Below are positions 19,376 to 27,536 of a stretch of 32,916 nt of DNA, one piece after another (the first letter of the stretch is position 1; each line of letters begins with the position of its first letter). The notes below the pieces were generated by a model. That model was not told where the DNA came from and did not search any database. It worked only from the letters and a program-made list of their open reading frames with translations. The DNA is from an uncultured archaeon (GTDB lineage Archaea > Aenigmatarchaeota > Aenigmatarchaeia > CG10238-14): NCBI GenBank assembly GCA_964392445.1, contig CAYMPD010000014.1:1-32916 (forward strand), read 5' to 3'. The position numbers were made by a program, and so were the translations under genes.

Positions 19376-20143
19376 TTACCTCCTGAAAATATTTCTTATT
19401 TTATGCATTAAACCCCTTTTCGGTTCTTGATAAGGTTGACCTGATAACCTAGATGCTAGTCTGAAATATGACTGGCTTACCTTCGATTTTGGTTTGTAAT
19501 TTACTATCGGTGTTTTTGCTCCTAAGCTTTCAATCACTTTTTCTTGCTCAGGTACTTTTTCTAATATAGATAATCCTGTTAGCTGAGATATTTCTGATTC
19601 TCTTAATTCGAATTTTTTGTCTCTGACCCTGTTCAACACCAATCCCAAAGATTTTAGTTCAAATTTTTCGACTAGATCTTTTCCCCTGACTATGTCTGTC
19701 ACTGATGGTATGTCTGGGGTTGTTACAAATAGAACCTCATCTGATGCCAACATTGCTGATACCGCTTCTTTACCAAAACCTGCTGCTGCATCCAAAATTA
19801 GGAAGTCATAATCCTCAAAAGAATCTTTCAGGAAATCTTCAAGTTTTTTGATATCAACCTTTTTTAAATCATTCAAACTCAAGGATGCTGGAAGTATTTG
19901 CATGTTAGGTAAATAATTATACAATGCTCGTTCAATATCCGTGTCTTTTTTGAGAACATCATTCAGGGTTGAAGGGGTGCCATATAAACCTAAATGTAAA
20001 CCAAGGTGTGAACTCGTGAGATTACAATCAACAACCGCTACCCTTTGATTGAATTCTTTTGCAAGCGCTGTCGCAAGATTCACCACACAAGTTGTTTTTC
20101 CAACACCACCTTTTCCAGAAACTACCGAAATAATTCTTACCAA
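19376..20143 (-). CDS. minD: MinD/ParA-family ATPase (archaeal MinD-like)
   Basis: Deviant Walker A SGKGGVGKTT, VVDCN, LILDAAAG, LGLVLNRV; TTG start with GGTGA RBS; amphipathic C-terminus. Confidence 0.8.
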   Translation of the reverse strand: MVRIISVVSGKGGVGKTTCVVNLATALAKEFNQRVAVVDCNLTSSHLGLHLGLYGTPSTLNDVLKKDTDIERALYNYLPNMQILPASLSLNDLKKVDIKKLEDFLKDSFEDYDFLILDAAAGFGKEAVSAMLASDEVLFVTTPDIPSVTDIVRGKDLVEKFELKSLGLVLNRVRDKKFELRESEISQLTGLSILEKVPEQEKVIESLGAKTPIVNYKPKSKVSQSYFRLASRLSGQPYQEPKRGLMHKIRNIFRR

Positions 20144-20176
20144 ACAATCACCCTATCATTATTTGGAGTTCTTATA

Positions 20177-21001
20177 TTATATTATTATTCTTGCTCTTTT
20201 AAGATCCTCTGGTGTATTGATGTTTATCCACATGCCTTGGAAAGGATAAGCAGATAGGACTTCTTTTTTTACTAGCCTTGGGAACAGATCTTTTTCTATA
20301 CTCTTCATATTTTTAGAAATATAGTTGAATATTCTTGGCTCAAAGATAAACATTCCTCCAGAGACCAGGTAACTATCCGTTGAATTGGTGGGTTTTTCCT
20401 TGAACATTGTTATTTTATTTCCCTTGATGTTAATCACCCCATAATCTTTTGGATTAGATACTGATGTTAGGGAGACGGTTACCAAGTTCTGGTTTTTTCT
20501 GTGAAAATTTAGGAAGTCGTTGATATCAATTGAAGATATAGTGTCGCCATAGACTACTAGAAATGTGTCTTTGATTTTTCTTCTCGCCTGGATCAATGGT
20601 TGTATTGTTCCTTTGGGCTTTTCACCCGTTAAATAGTCTATTTTTATTCTTAACTTAGATCCATCGCCAAAGTAATCTTCGATTTTCTCACCGAGGTAGT
20701 CTGTATATATTATATAATTAGTAATGTTGAAACTTTGGAGTCGTTCGATGATATGTTCGAGGATTGGTTTTCCTTTGATTAGTAACATGGGTCTTGGCGT
20801 ATTTTTTGTTAGTTTCCCCATTTCTTTTCTTTTTCCTCCAGCCAAGATTAGGACGTTGGTTATGTTGAAATCGGATAGTGTTTTTGAAAGTAGATATTCT
20901 ATTGCTTGAGATCTACTCCGTATTTTCAGGTCGTCTATAAGTCTGTCTACCTGCTGAACTATGTCTTTTCTTAAGGTGACGGTGACTCTTTGTCTTTTCA
21001 T
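20177..21001 (-). CDS. Ribbon-helix-helix domain fused to a sugar-phosphate nucleotidyltransferase (NTP_transferase) domain
   Basis: N-terminal RVTVTL..IV..VD.L....RSRSQAIEYLL (RHH); then LILAGG...TPRPMLLIKGKPILEHII, FLVVYGD, VSGGMFIF. ATG with GAGG RBS. Confidence 0.85.
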   Translation of the reverse strand: MKRQRVTVTLRKDIVQQVDRLIDDLKIRSRSQAIEYLLSKTLSDFNITNVLILAGGKRKEMGKLTKNTPRPMLLIKGKPILEHIIERLQSFNITNYIIYTDYLGEKIEDYFGDGSKLRIKIDYLTGEKPKGTIQPLIQARRKIKDTFLVVYGDTISSIDINDFLNFHRKNQNLVTVSLTSVSNPKDYGVINIKGNKITMFKEKPTNSTDSYLVSGGMFIFEPRIFNYISKNMKSIEKDLFPRLVKKEVLSAYPFQGMWININTPEDLKRARIII

Positions 21002-21018
21002 ATTTCCTCATACTCCTG

Positions 21019-21031
21019 CATATACTATATG
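21019..21031. promoter_or_regulatory. Palindromic operator candidate CATATA-C-TATATG between TATA and RBS of the RHH-nucleotidyltransferase gene
   Basis: Perfect 13-bp odd palindrome; TATA-like TTTATAT on the minus strand at ~21047-21053. Confidence 0.45.
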
Positions 21032-21069
21032 ATTTTTGTTAAAGTAAATATAAAATTGTTTTTGATTTT

Positions 21070-21339
21070 ATGAGAGTTATATATCAAGTTAGGAGAAGAA
21101 GCCCGATATTGAGATTCTTCAAAGGTGAATATAGAAAAGTTGTTTGTGAAGATTCTGCTTTAGGGGCTACTTCTGTAAGAGTTTGTGGTAGCGGTAATCC
21201 TCATGCTGTTATATGCCCAAATTCTGTTAGGGGCTTAGGTCCAAGTTTTATAGAAGAAAATAAACCCGATAATGTTGTTTATGATCCAGAATTCGACTGC
21301 GGAGTAACAGATTGTGAATATTATAGAAGGTCCAGTTAA
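21070..21339 (+). CDS. Small hypothetical protein (89 aa, five Cys)
   Basis: Fills an otherwise empty gap; stop abuts the convergent stop at 21341; no family recognised. Confidence 0.5.
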   Translation: MRVIYQVRRRSPILRFFKGEYRKVVCEDSALGATSVRVCGSGNPHAVICPNSVRGLGPSFIEENKPDNVVYDPEFDCGVTDCEYYRRSS

Positions 21340-21340
21340 T

Positions 21341-22153
21341 TCACATATAACCCAAATCCCTTAGCCTCTTCATAATTCCTTCCTTATCTTGTCTTCTGCC
21401 TTCTCTTTCTGTTGTATTTTCTAAATCCTGTTCCCATGCTGGTTTTTCACTAACTTTGTGTGTTGTTCCTTTAGCACCAAGTGATCTGTAGCCTTTTTCG
21501 TATAATTTGTTGTAAGGTATTTTGAACTTGAAGGTAGTATCCCATACTTCTCGTTCGGTAAAATGAAGGATTGGGTGTACTCTGGTGTGATCAGGTTCTT
21601 GTCTTGGGCTGAAAAATTTTTCGTTTGCTCTAGCAGGTTGTTCGTCCCATCTTATCCCAGTTATCACTGCTTTGAAACCCATCTTCTCGAGGTAAACATT
21701 CATGGCCACAGTCTTCATAAGATGATTTCCCACATAAGATTCTGGTTCAAATGGGAATTGATCTTTATCAAATCCTAACTTCTTGATCTCTTGTTTGTTT
21801 CTCTTGTTTAATTTGGATATTTTTACTAGGTCACCAACCTTTTCAACTTGTTTTAGAATGTCTTTGTTTTTAACCTCATCCACATCCAATCCCCATTCAT
21901 CACCGTATTTCTCAACAAAACTTCTCACTTCTTCGAAGATATGACCTTCGTTGATGAACATGCATTTAGGTAAGTCGTAATTGTCCTCATCACAAACTTC
22001 CTTGACTAACCATAATAACACCGTACTGTCTTTTCCACCAGTCCAAGCAACAGCTATATTCTCGCTTCCGTATTTTTCAAAAGCCTGTTGGATTACTTCT
22101 TTTGATTTGCTTACCTTTTGTTCTAATCCTAATTCCATTAATTCTTCGTCCAC
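21341..22153 (-). CDS. PAPS-reductase-family (PP-loop) protein lacking the catalytic Cys motif; possible CysD-like sulfate adenylyltransferase
   Basis: AWTGGKDSTVLL, ITGIRWDE..AR, RVHPILHFTEREVW, YNKLYEKGYRSLG; no ECG motif. GTG start with GAGGTGA RBS, directly after the upstream stop. Confidence 0.8.
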   Translation of the reverse strand: MDEELMELGLEQKVSKSKEVIQQAFEKYGSENIAVAWTGGKDSTVLLWLVKEVCDEDNYDLPKCMFINEGHIFEEVRSFVEKYGDEWGLDVDEVKNKDILKQVEKVGDLVKISKLNKRNKQEIKKLGFDKDQFPFEPESYVGNHLMKTVAMNVYLEKMGFKAVITGIRWDEQPARANEKFFSPRQEPDHTRVHPILHFTEREVWDTTFKFKIPYNKLYEKGYRSLGAKGTTHKVSEKPAWEQDLENTTEREGRRQDKEGIMKRLRDLGYM

Positions 22154-22927
22154 TTAATTCACCTCATATTTTTTAGCTAAAAATTTTGCAACATCTTCTG
22201 GTTGATTTATCTTGAAATCTATGTTTTTCGTTATCAGTATTGCGTCAGGATGATGATCGCCCTTTAGTATTTTTCCTGTCTTTGTTTTTTTAGGAAGTGT
22301 TTGTATCGGTGCTTTATCATAGTCACAGAAACCATGATCAGAAATTATTATTAACTCGTCATCTAATTCCACTAGTTTTGACAAGGATTTATCTATTTTT
22401 TTGTAGTAGTCCAGCATTATCGGTTCTCCCCAATGATGATGTGATAATTTATCTAAGGCCGTGTAACAGATAATCGAAACTTCTGGTTTGTTTTTGGTTA
22501 GAATTTCCAATGCCTTTTCTGTGACTGAATTAATTTCCTGTTTCAGTTCTTCTTCAGATATTGGAACTCCTTTACCGGGTGGGATAAAATTAACATTAAA
22601 ATTGTAGGGCGGGACTAGGAAAGGGACGTTTAAAGCCTTCACTGAAATTTCTTTTTTTTGTAATTTATCCCAGATGAATTCAGTTTCAATATCTTCTCTC
22701 GCAACTAACTTTCCATCTTCCACAAAATTATGATGTCCATGTTTTTCAGGTTTTAATCCCGAGAACATAGAACACCAGACAGATGCTGACCAAGGTTTTT
22801 GATCCAAGTGGAGAGTTTTATGATTATAATTTTCCAGTAATTTTTTGAATGTTGGTAATTCATCCAAATTCGGTTTAATAATATCCCAAGTAGCTCCGTC
22901 TATTCCTATGATTAGCATTGCTATCAC
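22154..22927 (-). CDS. Alkaline phosphatase superfamily (type I phosphodiesterase/nucleotide pyrophosphatase-like) protein, short form
   Basis: IIGIDGATW, PWSASVWCSMFSGLKPEKHG (Ser nucleophile position), ALDKLSHHHW, IISDHGF, GDHHPD. Confidence 0.82.
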   Translation of the reverse strand: MIAMLIIGIDGATWDIIKPNLDELPTFKKLLENYNHKTLHLDQKPWSASVWCSMFSGLKPEKHGHHNFVEDGKLVAREDIETEFIWDKLQKKEISVKALNVPFLVPPYNFNVNFIPPGKGVPISEEELKQEINSVTEKALEILTKNKPEVSIICYTALDKLSHHHWGEPIMLDYYKKIDKSLSKLVELDDELIIISDHGFCDYDKAPIQTLPKKTKTGKILKGDHHPDAILITKNIDFKINQPEDVAKFLAKKYEVN

Positions 22928-22928
22928 T

Positions 22929-23153
22929 TCAGTCCAAGTATCCTAAAGCTCTTAGTCTTCTTTTAACTTTTTCCTCTTCTTCTTTTGTGTATGCTTCATC
23001 TTTTTTTTCTTCAGCCAAGCTCGATAGCACCTCCCTCATTACAAAAGTTACATAATGTGATGCCGATGAAAACCCTGTACCTTCGATTCTTTTGTTGATT
23101 TTTTCATGAAGTGTTTTGGGTATACTCACCGTGGTATGTTTTCTTTCTGACAT
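22929..23153 (-). CDS. CopG/Arc ribbon-helix-helix regulator with C-terminal RLRALGYLD tail
   Basis: TTVSIPKTLHEKINKRIEGTGFSSASHYVTFVMREVL. ATG at 23153 (track uses TTG 23156); TTTAAATA box ~23-24 nt upstream, leaderless. Confidence 0.85.
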   Translation of the reverse strand: MSERKHTTVSIPKTLHEKINKRIEGTGFSSASHYVTFVMREVLSSLAEEKKDEAYTKEEEEKVKRRLRALGYLD

Positions 23154-23173
23154 CAAAGTATATAGGAACTTTG
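23154..23173. promoter_or_regulatory. Inverted repeat CAAAGT-N8-ACTTTG between TATA and start codon of the RHH gene (autoregulatory operator candidate)
   Basis: Perfect 6-bp arms at 23154-23159 and 23168-23173. Confidence 0.5.
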
Positions 23174-23249
23174 TCGTATTTAAATTTTAATGTCACTGCA
23201 TTAAAGAAAGTTAAAATCATGGCTAGTAATATATAAATGTTCACAGGGA

Positions 23250-24533
23250 TTAACTAGAAAGTTCTTCCCATTTCAAAAGGAAATTCTGAACAGGTATAAA
23301 AATAATCTTCCCACTATTGTATTTTTCTTCCTTTCCAATTTCTTTTGTAACTATTATACCCTTCTTTATATCAAATTCTTCAAGAAACTTTTTCATTCCT
23401 TTTGTTTCAGCTTCACCGTACTTAACCTCTATGGGCAATAAAGTTTTATCTTTCATTATTAAATCAATCTCATAACTATTTCTGTAATAATTAGTTCCAT
23501 TAACCGTGCTTATTACTATATTCTCAACGATCTTTTCAAGAAAGTTTTTTTCGTAAAAATTGTCTACAAAAGCGAATGAAATTCCTGTGTTTGTTAAATA
23601 TAATTTTTTTAACTTGCGTGAAGAAACTCGAAATCCTTTTCTATAATTATATACTATTTTAACAACCATAGCATATTCAAGATAACTTATGTAATCTATG
23701 ATTGTCTTTTTGCTCCTCTTTAAATCTCTTGACAATTTGTTATAGTTCAATATCATGCCAGGATTTTCAGCTATCATCCTCATTAAGTTCTTAAGAAGTT
23801 CTATATCTCTAATACCAAATTCAACTGGTAAATCTTTGTATATTATCTTCTCAATTACACTATTTCTAATATATTTCCTTATTTTTTCATCTTTTTCTTC
23901 ATCAATGATTTCTGGAAAACCTCCCTTTCTCAAATAATCAAAGAAAAGTGGTTTTATCTTTTCTTCGTAAAGTTCTAGATTATCCCATTGAATCTTTAAT
24001 CCTTTGAAATTCAGGAACTCCCTGAAACTTAAAGGTTTTAACTTAAAATCATAAATTCTACCTGCCAATGACTCCTTAGATTTTCTCTCAAGATTGACGG
24101 ATGCAGAACCTGATATGAAAAACTTAATATTCGGATAAAGATCGTAATAAATTTTTATTTTGTTTTGCCAGTTTTCAGACTTCTGTATTTCATCAAAGAA
24201 AACATACAATTTATCTAGTTCTCTGAAACCTTTTTTAAGTACTTTTTGTTTATAAGTTTCTAAAATTTCTTCTATATTCCCAGATTCTTGATCAAAAGAA
24301 AAATAGATTATTCTAGAAGGTTCTACATCATCATCAAGTAGTTTTTGTATTAGTTGATAAAAAAGCGTGGTTTTTCCCACCCTTCTTAGCCCTGTAACCA
24401 ATAAAATCTGCCTTTCTTCTATATAATCTAATATCTTATCGAATAAGGGTCTTTTGTATTCTTTCAGGAATATCTCATTCACACTATTTGCCGTCCACCA
24501 ATCATTAAACCTCGTTAATCTATCTATTTTCAT
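23250..24533 (-). CDS. AAA_14-type ATPase with C-terminal DUF4143 (PD-(D/E)xK-like) domain
   Basis: GLRRVGKTT, FFDEIQ, ISGSAS, SLAGR, GGFPE, KLYLTNTG, EIDLI...IEVKYG. Confidence 0.85.
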   Translation of the reverse strand: MKIDRLTRFNDWWTANSVNEIFLKEYKRPLFDKILDYIEERQILLVTGLRRVGKTTLFYQLIQKLLDDDVEPSRIIYFSFDQESGNIEEILETYKQKVLKKGFRELDKLYVFFDEIQKSENWQNKIKIYYDLYPNIKFFISGSASVNLERKSKESLAGRIYDFKLKPLSFREFLNFKGLKIQWDNLELYEEKIKPLFFDYLRKGGFPEIIDEEKDEKIRKYIRNSVIEKIIYKDLPVEFGIRDIELLKNLMRMIAENPGMILNYNKLSRDLKRSKKTIIDYISYLEYAMVVKIVYNYRKGFRVSSRKLKKLYLTNTGISFAFVDNFYEKNFLEKIVENIVISTVNGTNYYRNSYEIDLIMKDKTLLPIEVKYGEAETKGMKKFLEEFDIKKGIIVTKEIGKEEKYNSGKIIFIPVQNFLLKWEELSS

Positions 24534-24590
24534 ATTAGTATATTATACTTTACTAATATTTATATTTTTCGTATAGTACACTTTACTAAT
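24534..24590. promoter_or_regulatory. Leaderless promoter of the AAA ATPase with palindrome AGTATA-T-TATACT (24537-24549) and direct repeat ACTTTACTAAT (24547-24557, 24580-24590) flanking the TATA box
   Basis: Repeats read directly; TATAAATA on the minus strand at 24565-24558. Confidence 0.5.
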
Positions 24591-24618
24591 AAAAATGTCT
24601 GATTATAACTTTGCTTTA

Positions 24619-24681
24619 AATTCCCATATATTTTCTTGTAGATAATTCCTTCATAGGTAATTAATTACAATTTATTATATT
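24619..24681 (-). pseudogene. 63-bp copy of the abiEi promoter and first 12 codons (MKELSTRKYMGI*)
   Basis: 60/63 nt identical to 29053-29115; ATG at 24654, TAA at 24618-24616. Confidence 0.9.
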
Positions 24682-24825
24682 CATGACTTTTGACCAAATC
24701 TGAAGAGTTGTACTAACCCAATAAATACCTTAGACTTTCTAAAAACATAAAATAGTGTAAAATGAAGTTGATACTCTAGCCACAAGTGGAACTCTTATTA
24801 ATTTCATTCTTCATAATTTTTCCTA

Positions 24826-26016
24826 ATGTTAAACAGAGCCAAAGGTGTAATAAATGGAGTCCTCCAAGAAAAAGATCTCATTAAAAATACGTTCATAGTT
24901 GGTATAGCCACCTCAATCTCGTCTCTTTTAGCCTTTTTAGCGAATTTATTTCTGTCCAGAATGTTCGGTCCTGAGAGCTTCGGAACCTTTAAAACGGTTG
25001 TATATTTAGGAGGATTAGTCACGGGGTTAGCCGATCTCGGGATAAGTTTAACACTCATCAAGTATGTGGCCGAGTTCAATGCAAAGAAAAAGAAAAGTGT
25101 TGGTGCATTGGTAACTTCATTAGTAAAAATCAGAGTGATTGCTTATTTGGTAGTTATAATTGGGTTGGTTTTGACAAGAAATCAATTGGCTACCTATCTT
25201 CTGCATGATAGTTCTTTGTCTTATCTCTTCATTCCGTTGATTTTCATGGTTGGAGCGAGTTCTTTTAATTTTTTATCGGCGACTGTTCAGGGTTATGAGA
25301 ATTTTCAGTTATTTTCCTTTGCAACAATTGCTAGGAATGTTGTTTATCTGGGCTTAGGGTTGTTATTAGGTCATTTTTTTGGTATATCCTACGTAATTTT
25401 AGCTTTCGGAGTATCCACACTTTTAGCAAATCTTCTGTGCGTGAAATATCTGGTCAAGAAAAGAATTTTTCAAAAGGACGATGACGTAAATACAAAAGAA
25501 ATATTTCTGAATTATTCTCTCCCGCTTTTTGTCTTATCTGTACCTAATTATCTTACCAATGCTATAGTTCCTGTTTTGAGTTTGTTTTTTTCCACTGAAT
25601 TGATGGGTTATTATTCCTTCGCTTTTATGTTTTATTTTATTCCTTCTATTGTTTCTGGAAGTTTAAGTAGGGTTATTTTTCCGAAGATATCTAAGTTGAA
25701 TGGATTGAAAAAACATGTGGATGCTAAGAAGACATTGGGAAGAGTGTTTGTTCTTTATACTGTTTTTGTGATCTTAGGGGTTATTTTGACCTTATTTTTC
25801 TCTGAGTTGTTTATTTCTCTGGTTGCTCCAGCCTACTTACCAGGATTGATTCTTTTCAAGGTTCTGATTATTTTCGGACTCTTTGCTGGTTATGGAGGGA
25901 TATTGAATTTTTACTTGAATGCCAGGGAGAGGTTGAAAGAAGGTTCATTGGTGGTTTTGGTGGTTGTTGTTCTTTTGTTCTTGGTTAGTTATTTGGTTAT
26001 GAGTAGTTTGGGATAG
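24826..26016 (+). CDS. Wzx-like oligosaccharide flippase (polysaccharide biosynthesis/MOP family)
   Basis: Many TM segments; LSRMFGPESFG, DLGISLTLIKYVAE, GYYSFAF, IFPKISKL. Confidence 0.82.
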   Translation: MLNRAKGVINGVLQEKDLIKNTFIVGIATSISSLLAFLANLFLSRMFGPESFGTFKTVVYLGGLVTGLADLGISLTLIKYVAEFNAKKKKSVGALVTSLVKIRVIAYLVVIIGLVLTRNQLATYLLHDSSLSYLFIPLIFMVGASSFNFLSATVQGYENFQLFSFATIARNVVYLGLGLLLGHFFGISYVILAFGVSTLLANLLCVKYLVKKRIFQKDDDVNTKEIFLNYSLPLFVLSVPNYLTNAIVPVLSLFFSTELMGYYSFAFMFYFIPSIVSGSLSRVIFPKISKLNGLKKHVDAKKTLGRVFVLYTVFVILGVILTLFFSELFISLVAPAYLPGLILFKVLIIFGLFAGYGGILNFYLNARERLKEGSLVVLVVVVLLFLVSYLVMSSLG

Positions 26017-26045
26017 GATAATATCTTTTTCTTTTGAATTATGGG

Positions 26046-26154
26046 ATTAAATTTTAATTTTTTCCAGAAAAAAAAGATGGTAATGAAAGATTTCTGTTCA
26101 ACTGTGGTTAATGTTTTTCTGATGTTAGTAGTAACAACTGTGTTCGGGCAGTGA
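26046..26154 (+). repeat. Repeat copy 1: TATA-like box plus 25-aa mini-ORF (26077-26154, MVMKDFCSTVVNVFLMLVVTTVFGQ) homologous to the 5' end of the 30794 gene
   Basis: Manual alignment with 27450-27526, 29128-29238 and 30745-30860. Confidence 0.85.
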
Positions 26155-26213
26155 ATTGTATTTTTAATTTTAGGTTATTAATCATCTATTATTTGAAATA
26201 GAAATGAGAAGAC

Positions 26214-26774
26214 TTATGACTTTTGTAATTTTTTTACCTTATCTCTCATTTCTTCTATCAATTTCTGATTTAATCCATTTTGAACTAATTTAATTCTGGT
26301 TACAAAATTCCTAGCTATCTTCATAATAGATTCATATTTCTTGTAATCTAGTGATATTCCGTATTGAACGGACTCCCGAGCGCTCTTTACCTTCCAGAAA
26401 TAGTTAATATACTTTTTATCTATGACTAAAGATTCAAATTTCTCTTTCATATCCTTCAATTTGTTAAATTTCTTAATCCACTCGCTTTTAATTTCCTTTG
26501 AAAATAGATATTCCAAGACTGCTACAGTAGAAGTGTGATCCCTGCTTTTAATCCCCAATTTCGCCAATAATGAAAGAACTGAATGATACATAGCATAATA
26601 AGCTGCGATTACAACCCAATCATAATGCTCTAATTTACCCAAATCGGTCATTACTATGAGATTATGATCTGCCTTTTTCATATGACCTTTAGTTAGATTT
26701 TGACTAGGTTTAACCAATCTCAATTGTCTCTTATCTCTCTTTAAAGCCTTTCTAATAATATCTTCAGACTTCAT
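26214..26774 (-). CDS. HEPN domain protein (toxin-like partner of MNT)
   Basis: DWVVIAAYYAMYHSVLSLL..G..SRDH; ARESVQY; start overlaps the MNT stop by 11 nt. Confidence 0.82.
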   Translation of the reverse strand: MKSEDIIRKALKRDKRQLRLVKPSQNLTKGHMKKADHNLIVMTDLGKLEHYDWVVIAAYYAMYHSVLSLLAKLGIKSRDHTSTVAVLEYLFSKEIKSEWIKKFNKLKDMKEKFESLVIDKKYINYFWKVKSARESVQYGISLDYKKYESIMKIARNFVTRIKLVQNGLNQKLIEEMRDKVKKLQKS

Positions 26775-27360
26775 TTTTGTACACCAAATTTATGAATTTA
26801 TCAACTCCATATAGGATAAAATGATTTTCAATTATTTCCTTGATTATAGGTTCTTCGATCTCCTTTTTGAAATCTGAGGGTGTCATTGCTATAGCGTTCA
26901 ATTCTTCCCCATATTTTGCATATGTTTCCCCCATGGCTTTCTCTAACTCTAAATCTGATTTAGTTAAAATTAAAATGTCAATGTCGCTAGTTTCTGATTG
27001 GATGTTTTTTGCGTATGAACCAAAAAGTAGAACGGAATTTATATCTCCTTTATCTGAAACAGCGTTTATAAAATCCTTTAGAATCAGCTTTAATTGTTTA
27101 TTCCTTTCTAAAAATTCTTCTCTTCTTTCGATCTCAGAAAGCTTTATTAAAGCAACTGTTTTTTCATTTTTCAAGTTAAGGGTGCATAAATGAGATTTAC
27201 CTACTTTTTCCTTCTTAATTACTTTTTGTTCATGGAGTCTGTTTATAATCCTATAGGCAAAAGAATAATGCTCCCCTAGTTCTTCTGCTATTTCATTCAT
27301 AGTGAATTTTTTACCGGGATATCTACTCAATAAATCTACAATTTTTAATTTTAGTTCCAT
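26764..27360 (-). CDS. wHTH plus minimal nucleotidyltransferase (MNT), antitoxin-like
   Basis: N-terminal HTH (FTMNEIAEEL...YRIINRL); LLFGSYAK...SDIDILIL. Confidence 0.85.
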   Translation of the reverse strand: MELKLKIVDLLSRYPGKKFTMNEIAEELGEHYSFAYRIINRLHEQKVIKKEKVGKSHLCTLNLKNEKTVALIKLSEIERREEFLERNKQLKLILKDFINAVSDKGDINSVLLFGSYAKNIQSETSDIDILILTKSDLELEKAMGETYAKYGEELNAIAMTPSDFKKEIEEPIIKEIIENHFILYGVDKFINLVYKNEV

Positions 27361-27400
27361 ATTATCACTATTTATGATAATATTATCACTTTAAGTGATA
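27361..27400. promoter_or_regulatory. Tandem palindromic operators TATCA-N7-TGATA (27363-27379, 27384-27400) between TATA and start of the MNT-HEPN operon
   Basis: Two copies with 21-bp period; TTATATA box on the minus strand at ~27405-27399. Confidence 0.65.
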
Positions 27401-27449
27401 TATAAGTGTTACTGTTGATCGAATTATAGATAGATATTTCTTGGTTTGA

Positions 27450-27536
27450 ACAATCAACATTTAATTCTTAAAGTTTCATAATTTTCCCAGAAAACAGATG
27501 GTAATTAAAGATTTTCGCTCAACTGTAAAGATTTAA
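27450..27536 (+). repeat. Repeat copy 2: promoter plus 12-aa mini-ORF (27498-27536, MVIKDFRSTVKI)
   Basis: ACAATCAACATTTAATTCTTAAAG (27450-27473) matches 30745-30769 with one indel; coding homology ends at ~27526. Confidence 0.85.

Noticed and set aside
24794-24826. TCATAATTTTTCC before the flippase as a fifth copy of the cassette repeat
   Set aside because: Only ~12 nt of AT-rich similarity, at a different offset from the ATG, with no coding homology.
26096-27523. RYYYAAC core-like boxes (GTTCAAC, GCTCAAC) suggesting integron attC sites
   Set aside because: There is no complementary GTTRRRY box or long imperfect hairpin; the heptamer is simply the conserved Ser-Thr codons.
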